This document shows positions 39,452 through 48,864 of a DNA stretch of 64,000 nucleotides, in pieces (the first letter of the stretch is position 1; the number at the start of each line of letters is the position of its first letter). A model generated the notes under the pieces. That model searched no databases and was not told the DNA's origin. It saw nothing but the letters and a program-made list of their open reading frames with translations. The translations under genes were made by a program, and so were the position numbers. The stretch is from an uncultured Stakelama sp. (GTDB lineage Bacteria > Pseudomonadota > Alphaproteobacteria > Sphingomonadales > Sphingomonadaceae), in the NCBI GenBank assembly GCA_964649315.1, contig CAZYOU010000002.1, positions 1,379 through 65,378 on the forward strand. The letters run 5' to 3'.

Positions 39452-39838
39452 TGGCAGATTGCTCACAATGTCGGCGATTTCAGGGTCGGTGAACTCTGCA
39501 ATCGGATTATCGCTTTTGTCGGGCGTGCGATGAAACTCGCCCGCGTCGAAGGCTTCGTAAACGCGCCAGAAAAGCTTTGGCCACGGGGGTGGTGGCTCGG
39601 TGAGTTGCCTCTTAATTATTGTCCCGTAGAGGTCATTTACGACCCAATCACAGAACTCAAATGAGTAGCGTCGTCCATGGTAACCGCGCGCCAGTTCTGC
39701 CCCGATATCATCGTATAGCTGCCGCTCGCTGTCCGACCATCCAGCCGTCCACCGACGAATATCGGCCTCCGAAGTTGATCGGCCATCCTCTGACAGGCGG
39801 CGTTCAAGTTCAGCAAGGATATCGGTCGGACGAAACAT
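39431..39838 (-). CDS. Orphan hypothetical protein (~135 aa), lower GC, aromatic-rich
   Basis: Open frame from MFRPTD; hand-counted GC in the mid-50s percent, below the flanks; bracketed by 28-bp sites. Confidence 0.65.
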   Translation of the reverse strand: MFRPTDILAELERRLSEDGRSTSEADIRRWTAGWSDSERQLYDDIGAELARGYHGRRYSFEFCDWVVNDLYGTIIKRQLTEPPPPWPKLFWRVYEAFDAGEFHRTPDKSDNPIAEFTDPEIADIVSNLPTSVGDQ

Positions 39839-39859
39839 CAGACAATGATGCCTTATCGG

Positions 39860-39887
39860 ACGTCTCCTTTCCACCACTTCCAGACAT
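39860..39887. repeat. 28-bp degenerate site 2, upstream of the orphan ORF
   Basis: ACGTCTCCTTT CCACCA CTTCCAGACAT; GTC and GAC at the same positions as site 1, and both end GACATTC. Confidence 0.55.
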
Positions 39888-39918
39888 TCGCGGCGGGTCG
39901 GTAAATGCCGGTCTCGCC

Positions 39919-41586
39919 CTAAAACAACCCCTCAATCCGCCCCTCATCATCGAACCCGATCGCCTCCGCCGCCGGCACGCGCGGCAGGCCGGGCATTGTC
40001 ATGATCTCCCCGCACACCGCCACGACAAAGCCCGCCCCCGCCGCCAGCCGAACTTCGCGGATATGGACCGTGTGGCCGGTCGGTGCGCCGAGCGCGGTCG
40101 GATCGGTGGAAAAGCTGTACTGCGTCTTTGCGATGCACACGGGCAGATGCCCGAACCCCGCTGCCTCGAACCGCGCAAGCTGCGCGACGATCGCCGGTTC
40201 GGCATCGACACTCCCTGCGCGGTAGAGTCGGGTCGCGACCGTCTTGATCTTGTCGAGCAGCGGCAGGCCATCGTCATAGAGCGGCGCGAACTGCGCTGAT
40301 CCGCTTTCCGCGAGCGCGGCGACCGCATCGGCAAGCTGGGTCGCGCCCGCGCCGCCTTCGGCCCAGTGGCGGCACAGGATCGCCTGCACGCCGTGCGCGG
40401 CGGCGATATCGCGCAGCGCTTGGATTTCGGCGTCGCTGTCGGTGCCGAAATGGTTGATCGCCACCACCGCAGGCACCCCGAACTGGCGGACATTCTCGAT
40501 ATGCCGCACCAGATTGGCCGCTCCGCGATTGACCGCGTCCACGTCCTCTCGCCCCAGATCGACCTTGGCGACGCCACCGTTCATCTTCAGCGCACGCACC
40601 GTGGCGACGATCACGACCGCAGCGGGCGCCAGACCGGCCTGACGGCATTTGATGTCGAAGAATTTCTCTGCGCCCAGATCGGCCCCGAACCCCGCTTCGG
40701 TGACGACGTAATCGGCGAGCCCCAGCGCGGCGCGGGTCGCGATCACCGAATTGCAGCCATGCGCGATATTGGCGAACGGCCCGCCATGAATGAAGGCCGG
40801 GTTGCCGCCGAGTGTCTGCACCAGATTGGGCTTGATCGCCTCAGCCAGCAGCACCGCCGTGGCGCCGTCCGCCTTCAGGTCATGCGCGGTCACCGGTGTC
40901 CGGTCACGGGTATAGCCCACGACGATCCGGGCGAGCCGATCGCGCAGATCGGCCGGGTCGCGCGCCAGGCAGAGGATCGCCATCACTTCGGAGGCGACGG
41001 TGATGTCGAAGCCCGATTCGCGGGGGTAGCCATTGCCGGTGCCGCCAAGCGACTGAACGATCTGTCGCAGCGCGCGATCATTCATATCCATGGCCCGCCG
41101 CCACACCACGCGGCGCACGTCGATACCAAGCGTATTGCCCCAGTGGATATGATTGTCGAGCATCGCCGCGAGCAGGTTGTGTGCCGCGGTGGTCGCGTGG
41201 AAATCACCCGTGAAATGCAGGTTGATGTCCTCCATCGGCACCACCTGCGCATGGCCGCCGCCGGTCGCACCGCCCTTTTGCCCGAAGCACGGCCCGAGCG
41301 ATGGCTCGCGCAGGCACAGCATCGTCTTTCGCCCGGTAAGATTCAGCGCATCGGCCAGGCCCACTGACGTCGTGGTTTTCCCCTCGCCCGCCGGCGTGGG
41401 GCTGATCGCGGTGACGAGGATCAGATGCCCGCTCTTGCCGTCGCGCTGAGGCAGCGCGGCTGGGTCGACCTTGGCCTTGTGGCGGCCGTAAGGTTCGATC
41501 GCGTCGTCGGGGATGCCCGCCTTGGCGGCAATCGCGGCGATCGGCTGGAGCGGATAGTCGCGGGCGATTTCGATGTCGGTTTGCAT
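39919..41586 (-). CDS. fhs: Formate-tetrahydrofolate ligase
   Basis: [48 protein letters not shown]. Confidence 0.97.
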   Translation of the reverse strand: MQTDIEIARDYPLQPIAAIAAKAGIPDDAIEPYGRHKAKVDPAALPQRDGKSGHLILVTAISPTPAGEGKTTTSVGLADALNLTGRKTMLCLREPSLGPCFGQKGGATGGGHAQVVPMEDINLHFTGDFHATTAAHNLLAAMLDNHIHWGNTLGIDVRRVVWRRAMDMNDRALRQIVQSLGGTGNGYPRESGFDITVASEVMAILCLARDPADLRDRLARIVVGYTRDRTPVTAHDLKADGATAVLLAEAIKPNLVQTLGGNPAFIHGGPFANIAHGCNSVIATRAALGLADYVVTEAGFGADLGAEKFFDIKCRQAGLAPAAVVIVATVRALKMNGGVAKVDLGREDVDAVNRGAANLVRHIENVRQFGVPAVVAINHFGTDSDAEIQALRDIAAAHGVQAILCRHWAEGGAGATQLADAVAALAESGSAQFAPLYDDGLPLLDKIKTVATRLYRAGSVDAEPAIVAQLARFEAAGFGHLPVCIAKTQYSFSTDPTALGAPTGHTVHIREVRLAAGAGFVVAVCGEIMTMPGLPRVPAAEAIGFDDEGRIEGLF

Positions 41587-41629
41587 GGGGTGAGCCTTAA
41601 ATCATTCCGGAGCAAAAAATCATCCCTTC

Positions 41630-41760
41630 CCGTTTGTGTCGAGCGAAGTCGAGACACCCCGCGCGGCGTATGGGGCACGTTTCTCGACTTCAGCCCATCG
41701 GGCTGAAGCCTGTCCTGAGCGCCTGCCCTGGCAGGCAGTCGAAGGGCTCGAAACTAACGG
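41630..41760. repeat. Nested REP-like hairpin element in the fhs/ubiA divergent intergenic region
   Basis: A 28-bp left arm (41630-41657) matches a right arm (41679-41691 + 41746-41760) at 25/28 once a 54-bp insert is removed. Confidence 0.75.
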
Positions 41761-41812
41761 GGCAGGCGGGATGCGTTGCCAGCCACCGCCGCACCCGGCT
41801 ATGCGGCGATCC

Positions 41813-42733
41813 ATGAGCCAGCCCGACACCATCGTTCCGGACAGCGAATTGCGCGGCCTGCTCGGCTGGTTGCCCGTATCGGCGCGGCCATTCGCGTCGC
41901 TGGCGCGGTTCGATCGGCCGATTGGCTGGTGGCTGCTGTTCTGGCCGGGGGCGTGGGGCGTTGCGCTGGCGGGCGGGGCGATCGAGCGCTGGGACTTGCT
42001 GCTGTGGCTGCTGCTCGGGGCGATCGCGATGCGCGGCGCTGGCTGCGTGTATAACGACATTGTCGACCGCGATCTCGATGCGCAGGTCGAACGCACCCGC
42101 CACCGCCCGCTGGCGAGCGGCGTGGTGTCGCTGCGCGCGGCGTGGGTATGGCTGGTGATGCTGTGTCTGGTCGGGCTGGTGGTGTTGCTCCAACTCACGC
42201 CCCTCGCGGCGCTGGTCGCGCTCCTCAGCCTCGCTCTGGTCGCGGCCTACCCGTTCATGAAGCGGATCACCTGGTGGCCGCAGGCATGGCTCGGCATGGT
42301 GTTTTCCTGGGCGGCGCTCGTCGGCTGGGTTGATGTCGCGGGCGCGCTGTCGATGCCCGGGGTGCTGCTCTATCTCGGGTCGGTCGCCTGGGTGGTCGGC
42401 TATGACACGATCTATGCGCTGCAGGACCGTGATGACGATGCGATGATCGGCGTGCGCTCCTCCGCCCGCGCGATGGGCAACCGGGTGCGCCCCGGCGTCG
42501 CGATCTTCTACGCGCTGGCGGTGGCGCTCTGGGCGGCGGCGATCTGGCGCGTGCGGCCCGATTGGCTCGCGCTGGTCGCGCTGCTGCCGGTCGCGTGCCA
42601 TCTCGGCTGGCAAGTGCTCACGCTGGTGCCCGATGACGGCGACAATGCACTCGCCCGTTTTCGATCGAACCGCACGGCCGGGCTGTTGATAGCCGCCGCC
42701 TGCCTCGTTGTCGGCACCACGACGGGTTTATAA
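41813..42733 (+). CDS. ubiA: 4-hydroxybenzoate polyprenyltransferase
   Basis: RFDRPIGWWLL, GAGCVYNDIVDRDLD..VERT..RPLASG, YDTIYALQD; start reassigned to ATG 41813. Confidence 0.93.
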   Translation: MSQPDTIVPDSELRGLLGWLPVSARPFASLARFDRPIGWWLLFWPGAWGVALAGGAIERWDLLLWLLLGAIAMRGAGCVYNDIVDRDLDAQVERTRHRPLASGVVSLRAAWVWLVMLCLVGLVVLLQLTPLAALVALLSLALVAAYPFMKRITWWPQAWLGMVFSWAALVGWVDVAGALSMPGVLLYLGSVAWVVGYDTIYALQDRDDDAMIGVRSSARAMGNRVRPGVAIFYALAVALWAAAIWRVRPDWLALVALLPVACHLGWQVLTLVPDDGDNALARFRSNRTAGLLIAAACLVVGTTTGL

Positions 42734-42779
42734 TTGGCTGGTGGTTCTCATTTCGCTGGATGCTGCCTAAATCAGAGCG

Positions 42780-44126
42780 ATGCACACACCTGACCATGCC
42801 TGTGAGCGGGCACATGACATTGTTGCCCGCGCGATCGCCGCTGGGGCCGACGCCGCCGATGCCGTTTTTGCCGCCGATACCGCGCTTGAGGTGTCCGTTC
42901 GGCTGGGCGCGCTGGAGGATGTCGGGCGCTCCGAAGGCGCAGAGCTCGGGCTGCGGGTGTTCGTCGGGCGCCGCAATGCCAGTGTCTCAACCTCCGATCT
43001 GTCGGTCGCTGCACTTGACACACTAGTCGAACGCGCGATCGCGATGGCGCGTGAAGCACCCGAGGATGACTGGGCCGGCCTCGCTCCTGCTGATCGGCTG
43101 CTGCGCGGCAAGCCCCCGCATCTCAACCTCGACGACGGGGTCGAGGTGTCACCCGAAGCACTGAAGGAACGCGCGCTCGCCGCCGAGGATGCCGCCCGCG
43201 CGGTACCCGGCGTGTCGAACAGCGAAGGCGGCAGCGCCAGCGCCGCGCGTTCGGTGATGGGGCTCGCGACAAGCCACGGCTTCGCGCATGGCTATGCAGT
43301 GTCGAGCCACGGCGTGTCGGCCAGTGTTCTTGCGGGCAGCGGCGGCGATATGCAGCGCGATTACGCCTATCATTCGGCGCGCCACCTCGATCGGCTGGAG
43401 GATGCAGGGCTGGTCGGGACAAAAGCCGGTGAGCGCGCGGTGCGGCGGATGAATCCGGGGCGGCTGGAAAGCGGGTCGATGCCCGTGGTGTTCGATCCGC
43501 GCGTCGGCAACAGCCTGCTCGGCCATCTGATCGGCGCGATTGCGGGATCGTCGATCACGCGCAAAACCAGTTTCCTGCTTGATGCGCTGGGCACGGCAGT
43601 GTTTGCCAGCGGGGTCACCGTGCGCGATGATCCGCACCGCCCGCACGGCATGCGGTCGCGCCCGTTTGACGGCGAGGGGCTGCCGGTATCGCCCGTCTGC
43701 CTGGTCGACAACGGCGTGCTCGAAACATGGCTGCTCGACAGTGCGGCGGCGCGGCAACTGGGGCTGGAGCCGACCGGCCATGCCTCGCGCGGCGTCGGTG
43801 GCGCGCCCGGCGTTTCGTCAAGCAACCTGCATATGGAACCCGGCCATGTGCCTCCCGCAACGCTGATCGGCGATATCAAGCGCGGTGTGTACATCACGGA
43901 ACTGATCGGCATGGGCGTTAACGGCGTGACCGGCGATTACAGCCGGGGCGCGTCGGGCTTCCTGATCGAGGATGGTGAGGTGACGACGCCGGTTGCCGAA
44001 TTCACCATTGCCGGTAACCTGCGGGATATGTTCTTGGCGCTAACTCCAGCGAATGATTTGGAATTCCGCTATGGCATCAACGTGCCGACCCTGTTGATTG
44101 ACGGGATGACGGTGGCCAGTGGCTAA
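42780..44126 (+). CDS. pmbA: PmbA/TldE family protein
   Basis: LGLRVF.G.R.AS, FDGEG, GVN.VTGDYSRGASGF, TIAGNL. Confidence 0.9.
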   Translation: MHTPDHACERAHDIVARAIAAGADAADAVFAADTALEVSVRLGALEDVGRSEGAELGLRVFVGRRNASVSTSDLSVAALDTLVERAIAMAREAPEDDWAGLAPADRLLRGKPPHLNLDDGVEVSPEALKERALAAEDAARAVPGVSNSEGGSASAARSVMGLATSHGFAHGYAVSSHGVSASVLAGSGGDMQRDYAYHSARHLDRLEDAGLVGTKAGERAVRRMNPGRLESGSMPVVFDPRVGNSLLGHLIGAIAGSSITRKTSFLLDALGTAVFASGVTVRDDPHRPHGMRSRPFDGEGLPVSPVCLVDNGVLETWLLDSAAARQLGLEPTGHASRGVGGAPGVSSSNLHMEPGHVPPATLIGDIKRGVYITELIGMGVNGVTGDYSRGASGFLIEDGEVTTPVAEFTIAGNLRDMFLALTPANDLEFRYGINVPTLLIDGMTVASG

Positions 44127-44913
44127 GGCGTCGGCCGATACGCTGGCCGATGCGGTCGCCGCGATTGCCGGGGAAGCGGGCAGGCTGGCGCTGGCGCGCT
44201 GGAGCGATGATTTCAGCCGATGGGAAAAATCGCCCGATAATCCAGTGTGTGACATTGATCTGGAGGTGGACGAGCTGCTCCGTCGCCGCCTGTCCGCGCT
44301 TGATCCCGCCGCAGGGTGGCTGTCGGAGGAAACGGCCGACAATGCCGATCGTCTGGCGTGTGAGCGGCTCTGGGTGGTCGATCCGATCGATGGCACGCGT
44401 GATTATCTGCGCGGGCGGCCCGGCTGGGCGGTGTCCGTGGCATTGGTCGACCGCGGGCTGCCGGTGATCGGTGTGCTCGATGCCCCGGCGCGCGGGGAGG
44501 TGTGGCTGGCAACGACGGGTGGTGGGGCAACGCGCAACGGCGTGCCGGTGAGCGCAGGCACCCGCGCGGTGTTTGCGGGTGCCCGCGTGCCTAATGATGT
44601 GCTGCCCAAGGCGGACAGCGATCTAGTGCTGGTCACCAAGCCCAATTCGATTGCGCTGCGGATTGCGATGGTCGCCGCCGACGAGGCCGATCTGGTCGCG
44701 ACGCTGCGCTGGGGGTTCGAATGGGACATCGCCGCCGCCGCGTTGATCGCGATGGAGGCCGGCGCGACCGTCACCGACGCGTTCGGCGCGCCGCTCGCCT
44801 TCAATACGCCGAGCGCGCAGGCATTCGGCCTGCTGGCGACGGTGCCGGGAATCCATGCCGATGCGGTGGCGCGGTTGGCGGATCGGGCCAAGGCACTGGT
44901 CGGTACCCCCTGA
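44119..44913 (+). CDS. Inositol monophosphatase/CysQ family phosphatase
   Basis: LSEE, WVVDPIDGT, EWDIAAA. Confidence 0.9.
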   Translation: MAKASADTLADAVAAIAGEAGRLALARWSDDFSRWEKSPDNPVCDIDLEVDELLRRRLSALDPAAGWLSEETADNADRLACERLWVVDPIDGTRDYLRGRPGWAVSVALVDRGLPVIGVLDAPARGEVWLATTGGGATRNGVPVSAGTRAVFAGARVPNDVLPKADSDLVLVTKPNSIALRIAMVAADEADLVATLRWGFEWDIAAAALIAMEAGATVTDAFGAPLAFNTPSAQAFGLLATVPGIHADAVARLADRAKALVGTP

Positions 44914-44944
44914 ACAGCAACTGGGGGCAAGAGGAAAGCGTGAG

Positions 44945-45316
44945 ATGACTGAACCCGTAGTGAGTTGGGACGATGTTCTTGAAGTCGGGCAGGGCGGCCC
45001 GGGCTGCGGCCTGCTGCATATCGATGGCAAACAGCCGCGCGGTAATTACCGCTACCTCCCGCCCGCACTGGTGCATGACGGCAAGGTCTATGCCTCCACC
45101 TTCGTGTCGGGCGGTTTCATCATTTGCGTCGTCGATCCGGTCACGCTGGTGCGACAGGAACTGTCAAAGCGCATCCCCTATGCGCGGCTGAAATCAGTCG
45201 AGGATGGCCAGATTACTTATTTTGATCACCATACCGGCGACAGCGAAAGCGTGCTGGAGATCGTGCCGAAACAGGGCCTGCTGGCGCGGCTGGCGGCGCG
45301 GCGGGGGAAGGGGTGA
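44945..45316 (+). CDS. Small beta-rich hypothetical protein
   Basis: ATG 44945 after a purine-rich RBS; fills the gap to a convergent gene; no recognised family. Confidence 0.6.
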   Translation: MTEPVVSWDDVLEVGQGGPGCGLLHIDGKQPRGNYRYLPPALVHDGKVYASTFVSGGFIICVVDPVTLVRQELSKRIPYARLKSVEDGQITYFDHHTGDSESVLEIVPKQGLLARLAARRGKG

Positions 45317-45325
45317 GGCACCGGA

Positions 45326-46039
45326 TCAAATCAACAGCGATATCGCGTTGCCAAAGTTGTGAAGCAGAATTGGGAGCAGCAAACTCCCGGTGCGAAGCCG
45401 GATCCAGACGGCGATGAAAGCGGGCAGCGCGGTGAGCGCCATCGTGATGGGATCGAAATTGAATCCGCCATTGGCATAGCCAAACGCGTGCGTCAGCCCA
45501 AAAAGGACGCATGACAGCACGGCGCCCCAGCCCCATGACACGCCCAGTATGCGTGCTCGACCGGTAAACGCCCGATCGAGCGCGAACAGCAGGATGCCCC
45601 TGTAGAATGGTTCTTCCTCCAGACCTGGCATCGTCAGCTGGAAGGCGATGTCTTCGACGCTTGCGTTGTCATCGGCGAACACAAGCGAAATGATGAGGAA
45701 AAAGGCGCAGTATAGCGCCGCGACAGGTAGCGCCGCCCGGATGCTTCTCGCTTCCTGCGTTAGCGTAAAGCCACATTTCTGCCAACCGAACGCTGGCAGG
45801 GCAGCGATCATCAGCGTCGCACCAAGTGCCAGCAGCTTACCCTGCCAGTTCCAGCTTCCACCGATAATGTCGGGCATGAGCCCATAGGCGCGAGTGAGCA
45901 GCGCATCATTGATTAAGACGAGCAGCGCCGCGACCAGAAGCCAGCGCGGATTAAAATGGCGGCGATCGGTGACGCCAATGGCGCCGCCAAGCACGATCAG
46001 GATCGCTAGCGTGCCCGCTATTCCCCACACACCGTTCAC
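45326..46039 (-). CDS. CPBP (CAAX/Abi) intramembrane glutamic protease
   Basis: EEPFYRG, LFGLTH, ILLHNFGN. Confidence 0.88.
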   Translation of the reverse strand: MNGVWGIAGTLAILIVLGGAIGVTDRRHFNPRWLLVAALLVLINDALLTRAYGLMPDIIGGSWNWQGKLLALGATLMIAALPAFGWQKCGFTLTQEARSIRAALPVAALYCAFFLIISLVFADDNASVEDIAFQLTMPGLEEEPFYRGILLFALDRAFTGRARILGVSWGWGAVLSCVLFGLTHAFGYANGGFNFDPITMALTALPAFIAVWIRLRTGSLLLPILLHNFGNAISLLI

Positions 46040-46159
46040 AATATCGCCGACACGGTTTCGACCCCGCCATGTTCACGTCATGCAAGTTATGCAGCATTGC
46101 CGCGATTGCTGGTTGATGAACGGCACCCGCAAAGCACCCGTTGAAGTCGGGATCGCACT

Positions 46160-46819
46160 CTACCCCTCCGCCGCGATACCCCGCAACGCGCGCTCGAAGG
46201 TCTCGGCGGGCTGGCCGCCCATGATGACATATTTGTCGTTGATGACGATCGCCGGCACCGCGGTAATGCCCGCGCTTTGCCAATGGCGTTCCTCGCCGCG
46301 CACCGCATCGGCATAACGATCCGACGCCAGAATTGCGTGCGCTTCATCCGGGTCCAGCCCGACATCGCTCACCGCGGCGACCAGCGCCTTCGGATCGGAC
46401 GGGTTGCCGCCTTCCGTAAAATATAGCGCGAACAACCGGTTCTTCAGCGCGGCCTGCTTGCCCTCGATCTGCGCCCAGTGGAGCAGCCGGTGCGCGTCGA
46501 ACGTGTTGTAGATGCGGCTCTCCGCCGTGCCGTTCATCGCAAAGCCAAGCTCGGCGGCGCGGGCGCGGATGCCCGCGCGGTTGCTCGCCGATTGTTCGGG
46601 CGTCGCGCCGTATTTTTCGGCGACATGTTCGACGATATTCTGCCCCTCGGGCGGCATCGCGGGGTTCAGCTCGAACGGGTGAAAGGTGATCGTCGGCGCC
46701 ACGACATCGCTTGCCGCGTCGATCGCCTGTTCCAGCGCGCGCAGCCCGATGATGCACCAGGGGCAGACAATGTCCGACACGAAATCGATTTTCATCGGGC
46801 GAGCTGGAGATACGGTCAC
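46160..46819 (-). CDS. DsbA/FrnE-family thioredoxin-fold oxidoreductase
   Basis: DIVCPWC, PFELNP, NTFDAHRL, GITAVP. Confidence 0.9.
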   Translation of the reverse strand: MTVSPARPMKIDFVSDIVCPWCIIGLRALEQAIDAASDVVAPTITFHPFELNPAMPPEGQNIVEHVAEKYGATPEQSASNRAGIRARAAELGFAMNGTAESRIYNTFDAHRLLHWAQIEGKQAALKNRLFALYFTEGGNPSDPKALVAAVSDVGLDPDEAHAILASDRYADAVRGEERHWQSAGITAVPAIVINDKYVIMGGQPAETFERALRGIAAEG

Positions 46820-47520
46820 GCTTGCGTCTCGTCACCGCGATATTTGATTTCCAGGAACCGCCCGCGCGTCGCCAGCTGGTCGAGATCGCCCTCGGCCAGC
46901 TGCGTCGTCATCTCGCCGATCTGGCTTTCGATCAGCCGCAGCCCGTCGAGCAATTGCGCATCGGGGGTGGAACCATTGCGCTCGATGCGGCGCAGTCCGG
47001 GCGGGACGCGGGTATAGCCCTTGATGAACTCCGGCAGTTGCTCGCCCACCAGCTTGCGGACTTCGGTCGCGGCTAGCTCATTCTCGTCGAGCGTCGCGAG
47101 CTGCGGGCTCAGCGTTTCGAGCCGAACGCCGATCTGGTCGATCAGGGTGACGGCAGGCGCGGGCAAGGCAGCGCGCTGGGTGCTGAGCCAGCGCTCGGTT
47201 TGCGCGGGCAGCGCCTTGAGCGGCACTTCGCGGAGTTTTTCGGGGGTAGGGGCTGGCGCGCCGGGCAACACCGCCAGCGCAATCGTCGTTGCGATCATCA
47301 GCGCCATGACCGCAACCGCCCCGAGCAACCCGAGCGGGCCGATGACGATCGCGAAAATGATCGCCGCGAGCAGGATCGCACCGTCCGCAATCGCGATCCG
47401 CGTGATCCGCTGGCCGATGCCGTCATTACGTTGGCGGCGGACCATGCCGGAGCGATAGCGCTCGCCGGTCCGTTCCAGCAATTCGGCAGAACGTGCGATC
47501 TGGCGATCGACGTCGGTCAT
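46816..47520 (-). CDS. XpaC/KlaA-like membrane protein (partner of TelA)
   Basis: Two TM helices plus a helical C-terminal domain (LPE....Y..VP); directly after telA. Confidence 0.6.
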   Translation of the reverse strand: MTDVDRQIARSAELLERTGERYRSGMVRRQRNDGIGQRITRIAIADGAILLAAIIFAIVIGPLGLLGAVAVMALMIATTIALAVLPGAPAPTPEKLREVPLKALPAQTERWLSTQRAALPAPAVTLIDQIGVRLETLSPQLATLDENELAATEVRKLVGEQLPEFIKGYTRVPPGLRRIERNGSTPDAQLLDGLRLIESQIGEMTTQLAEGDLDQLATRGRFLEIKYRGDETQA

Positions 47521-47521
47521 C

Positions 47522-48727
47522 TTAAACCGCCTCTAGCTTGAACGGATCGCTGTTCGGTCCGGTGAGCGCTCCCTGGGCCTGCCCCTCGGCGCGGGCGATA
47601 TAGCCCTTGGATTTCTCCACCTCAACGCCAAGCGAGTTGACCGTCGTCTTCATGCTGTCGAGCGCCTTCAGCTTGAAGGCATCGATCGCGTCCATCGTGT
47701 CATAGATGTTCTGGAACGCGCGCTGCAGCGTCTCCAGCGGGATCGTGGCGCTCGCTGCCTGTTCGTGGATCGCCGCGGTCTGGCTCTTCAGCAGCTTGCC
47801 GGTCGAATCGATGATGTTGGCGGTGGTGGTGTTGAGCGACGTGATCTGTTCGAGCACCAGCCGCTGGTTGGTCAGCGCCTGGGCGACCGTTACCGCGGTG
47901 CGTAAGGCGGCAACTGTGGTGGTGCTGGCGCGGTCGACACCCTTTACCAGCTCGACATTGTTCTTCTTGACCAGATCAAGCGCGAGATAGCCCTGCACCG
48001 TCACTGCCATCTGCGTCAGCAGATCCTGGGTGCGCTGGCGAACATAGAAAAGCGCGGTCTCGCGGATCGCCTTGGCCTTGGCAGGATCGGTGTGATCGAG
48101 TTCGTTGGCGGTTTCTTCGAGCTTCGTGTCCATCGTCTGCGCGAGCACGATCATCTGCTCGAGCCTGCCCATCGAGGTCCACAGATTGGCGCGCTCCACA
48201 TCGATCGCGGCGTTATCCATCAACAGCTCGTCCTTGCCCGAGCCGAGCGACTTCAGGATCGAGGAGATATGCCCCTGCGACGATTTATAGCCGTCGAAAT
48301 AATCGCGCATCTTGTTGCCGAACGGGATGATCCCGAAAATCTTCTTGGGCGCGAGCAGGCTGCCCTTCTTGCCGGGATCGAGATCTTCGATCGTGCGGCG
48401 AAGCTCGGCCAGATCGGCGCCGACGCCCGATTCCTGGTCCATCGCGCGCACCGGCCGATCGAGAAAGCGGTTCGATTGCCCGGCGGCGTCGCGGATTTCC
48501 TTCTGCCCCATCGCGCTGATCGCATCGACGCGCTTGCCGAATTCGGGCGAGTTCACGTCCTGCGCGACCAGATCATCGACGAAACTATCGACCTTGGCCT
48601 GCAACTGCGTGCGCGTGCCGTCATCGACCGGCACCAGCCCCACGGCCTTTTCGGGCGCGACGACGGGCACGGGATCGGGCGGAGTCAGCACCAGGCCAGT
48701 CGTTGCGGTTTCGGTCGCGGTCGCCAT
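47522..48727 (-). CDS. Toxic anion resistance protein, TelA/KlaB family
   Basis: Long helical protein, GIIPFG.K, DN..I, NN.ELVKGVDRA..TTV.ALRTAV; start reassigned to ATG 48727. Confidence 0.88.
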   Translation of the reverse strand: MATATETATTGLVLTPPDPVPVVAPEKAVGLVPVDDGTRTQLQAKVDSFVDDLVAQDVNSPEFGKRVDAISAMGQKEIRDAAGQSNRFLDRPVRAMDQESGVGADLAELRRTIEDLDPGKKGSLLAPKKIFGIIPFGNKMRDYFDGYKSSQGHISSILKSLGSGKDELLMDNAAIDVERANLWTSMGRLEQMIVLAQTMDTKLEETANELDHTDPAKAKAIRETALFYVRQRTQDLLTQMAVTVQGYLALDLVKKNNVELVKGVDRASTTTVAALRTAVTVAQALTNQRLVLEQITSLNTTTANIIDSTGKLLKSQTAAIHEQAASATIPLETLQRAFQNIYDTMDAIDAFKLKALDSMKTTVNSLGVEVEKSKGYIARAEGQAQGALTGPNSDPFKLEAV

Positions 48728-48864
48728 TATCTTCTCCAGCGCAAAGCCTTGTTCGTCTTCCCAGTTGGTCTTCAATGCAGCGTATCGATCCGCCGCACAA
48801 CTGTGCCATATAACTAATACGCCGTGCACCGATGTTCAATGCAAAGCGCTGCCGTCGCCCCGAT

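Noticed and set aside
39389-39931. CRISPR array, integron attC or chromosomal dif site
   Set aside because: No regular repeat-spacer period, no RYYYAAC/GTTRRRY attC ends, and the arms do not match the XerC/XerD consensus.
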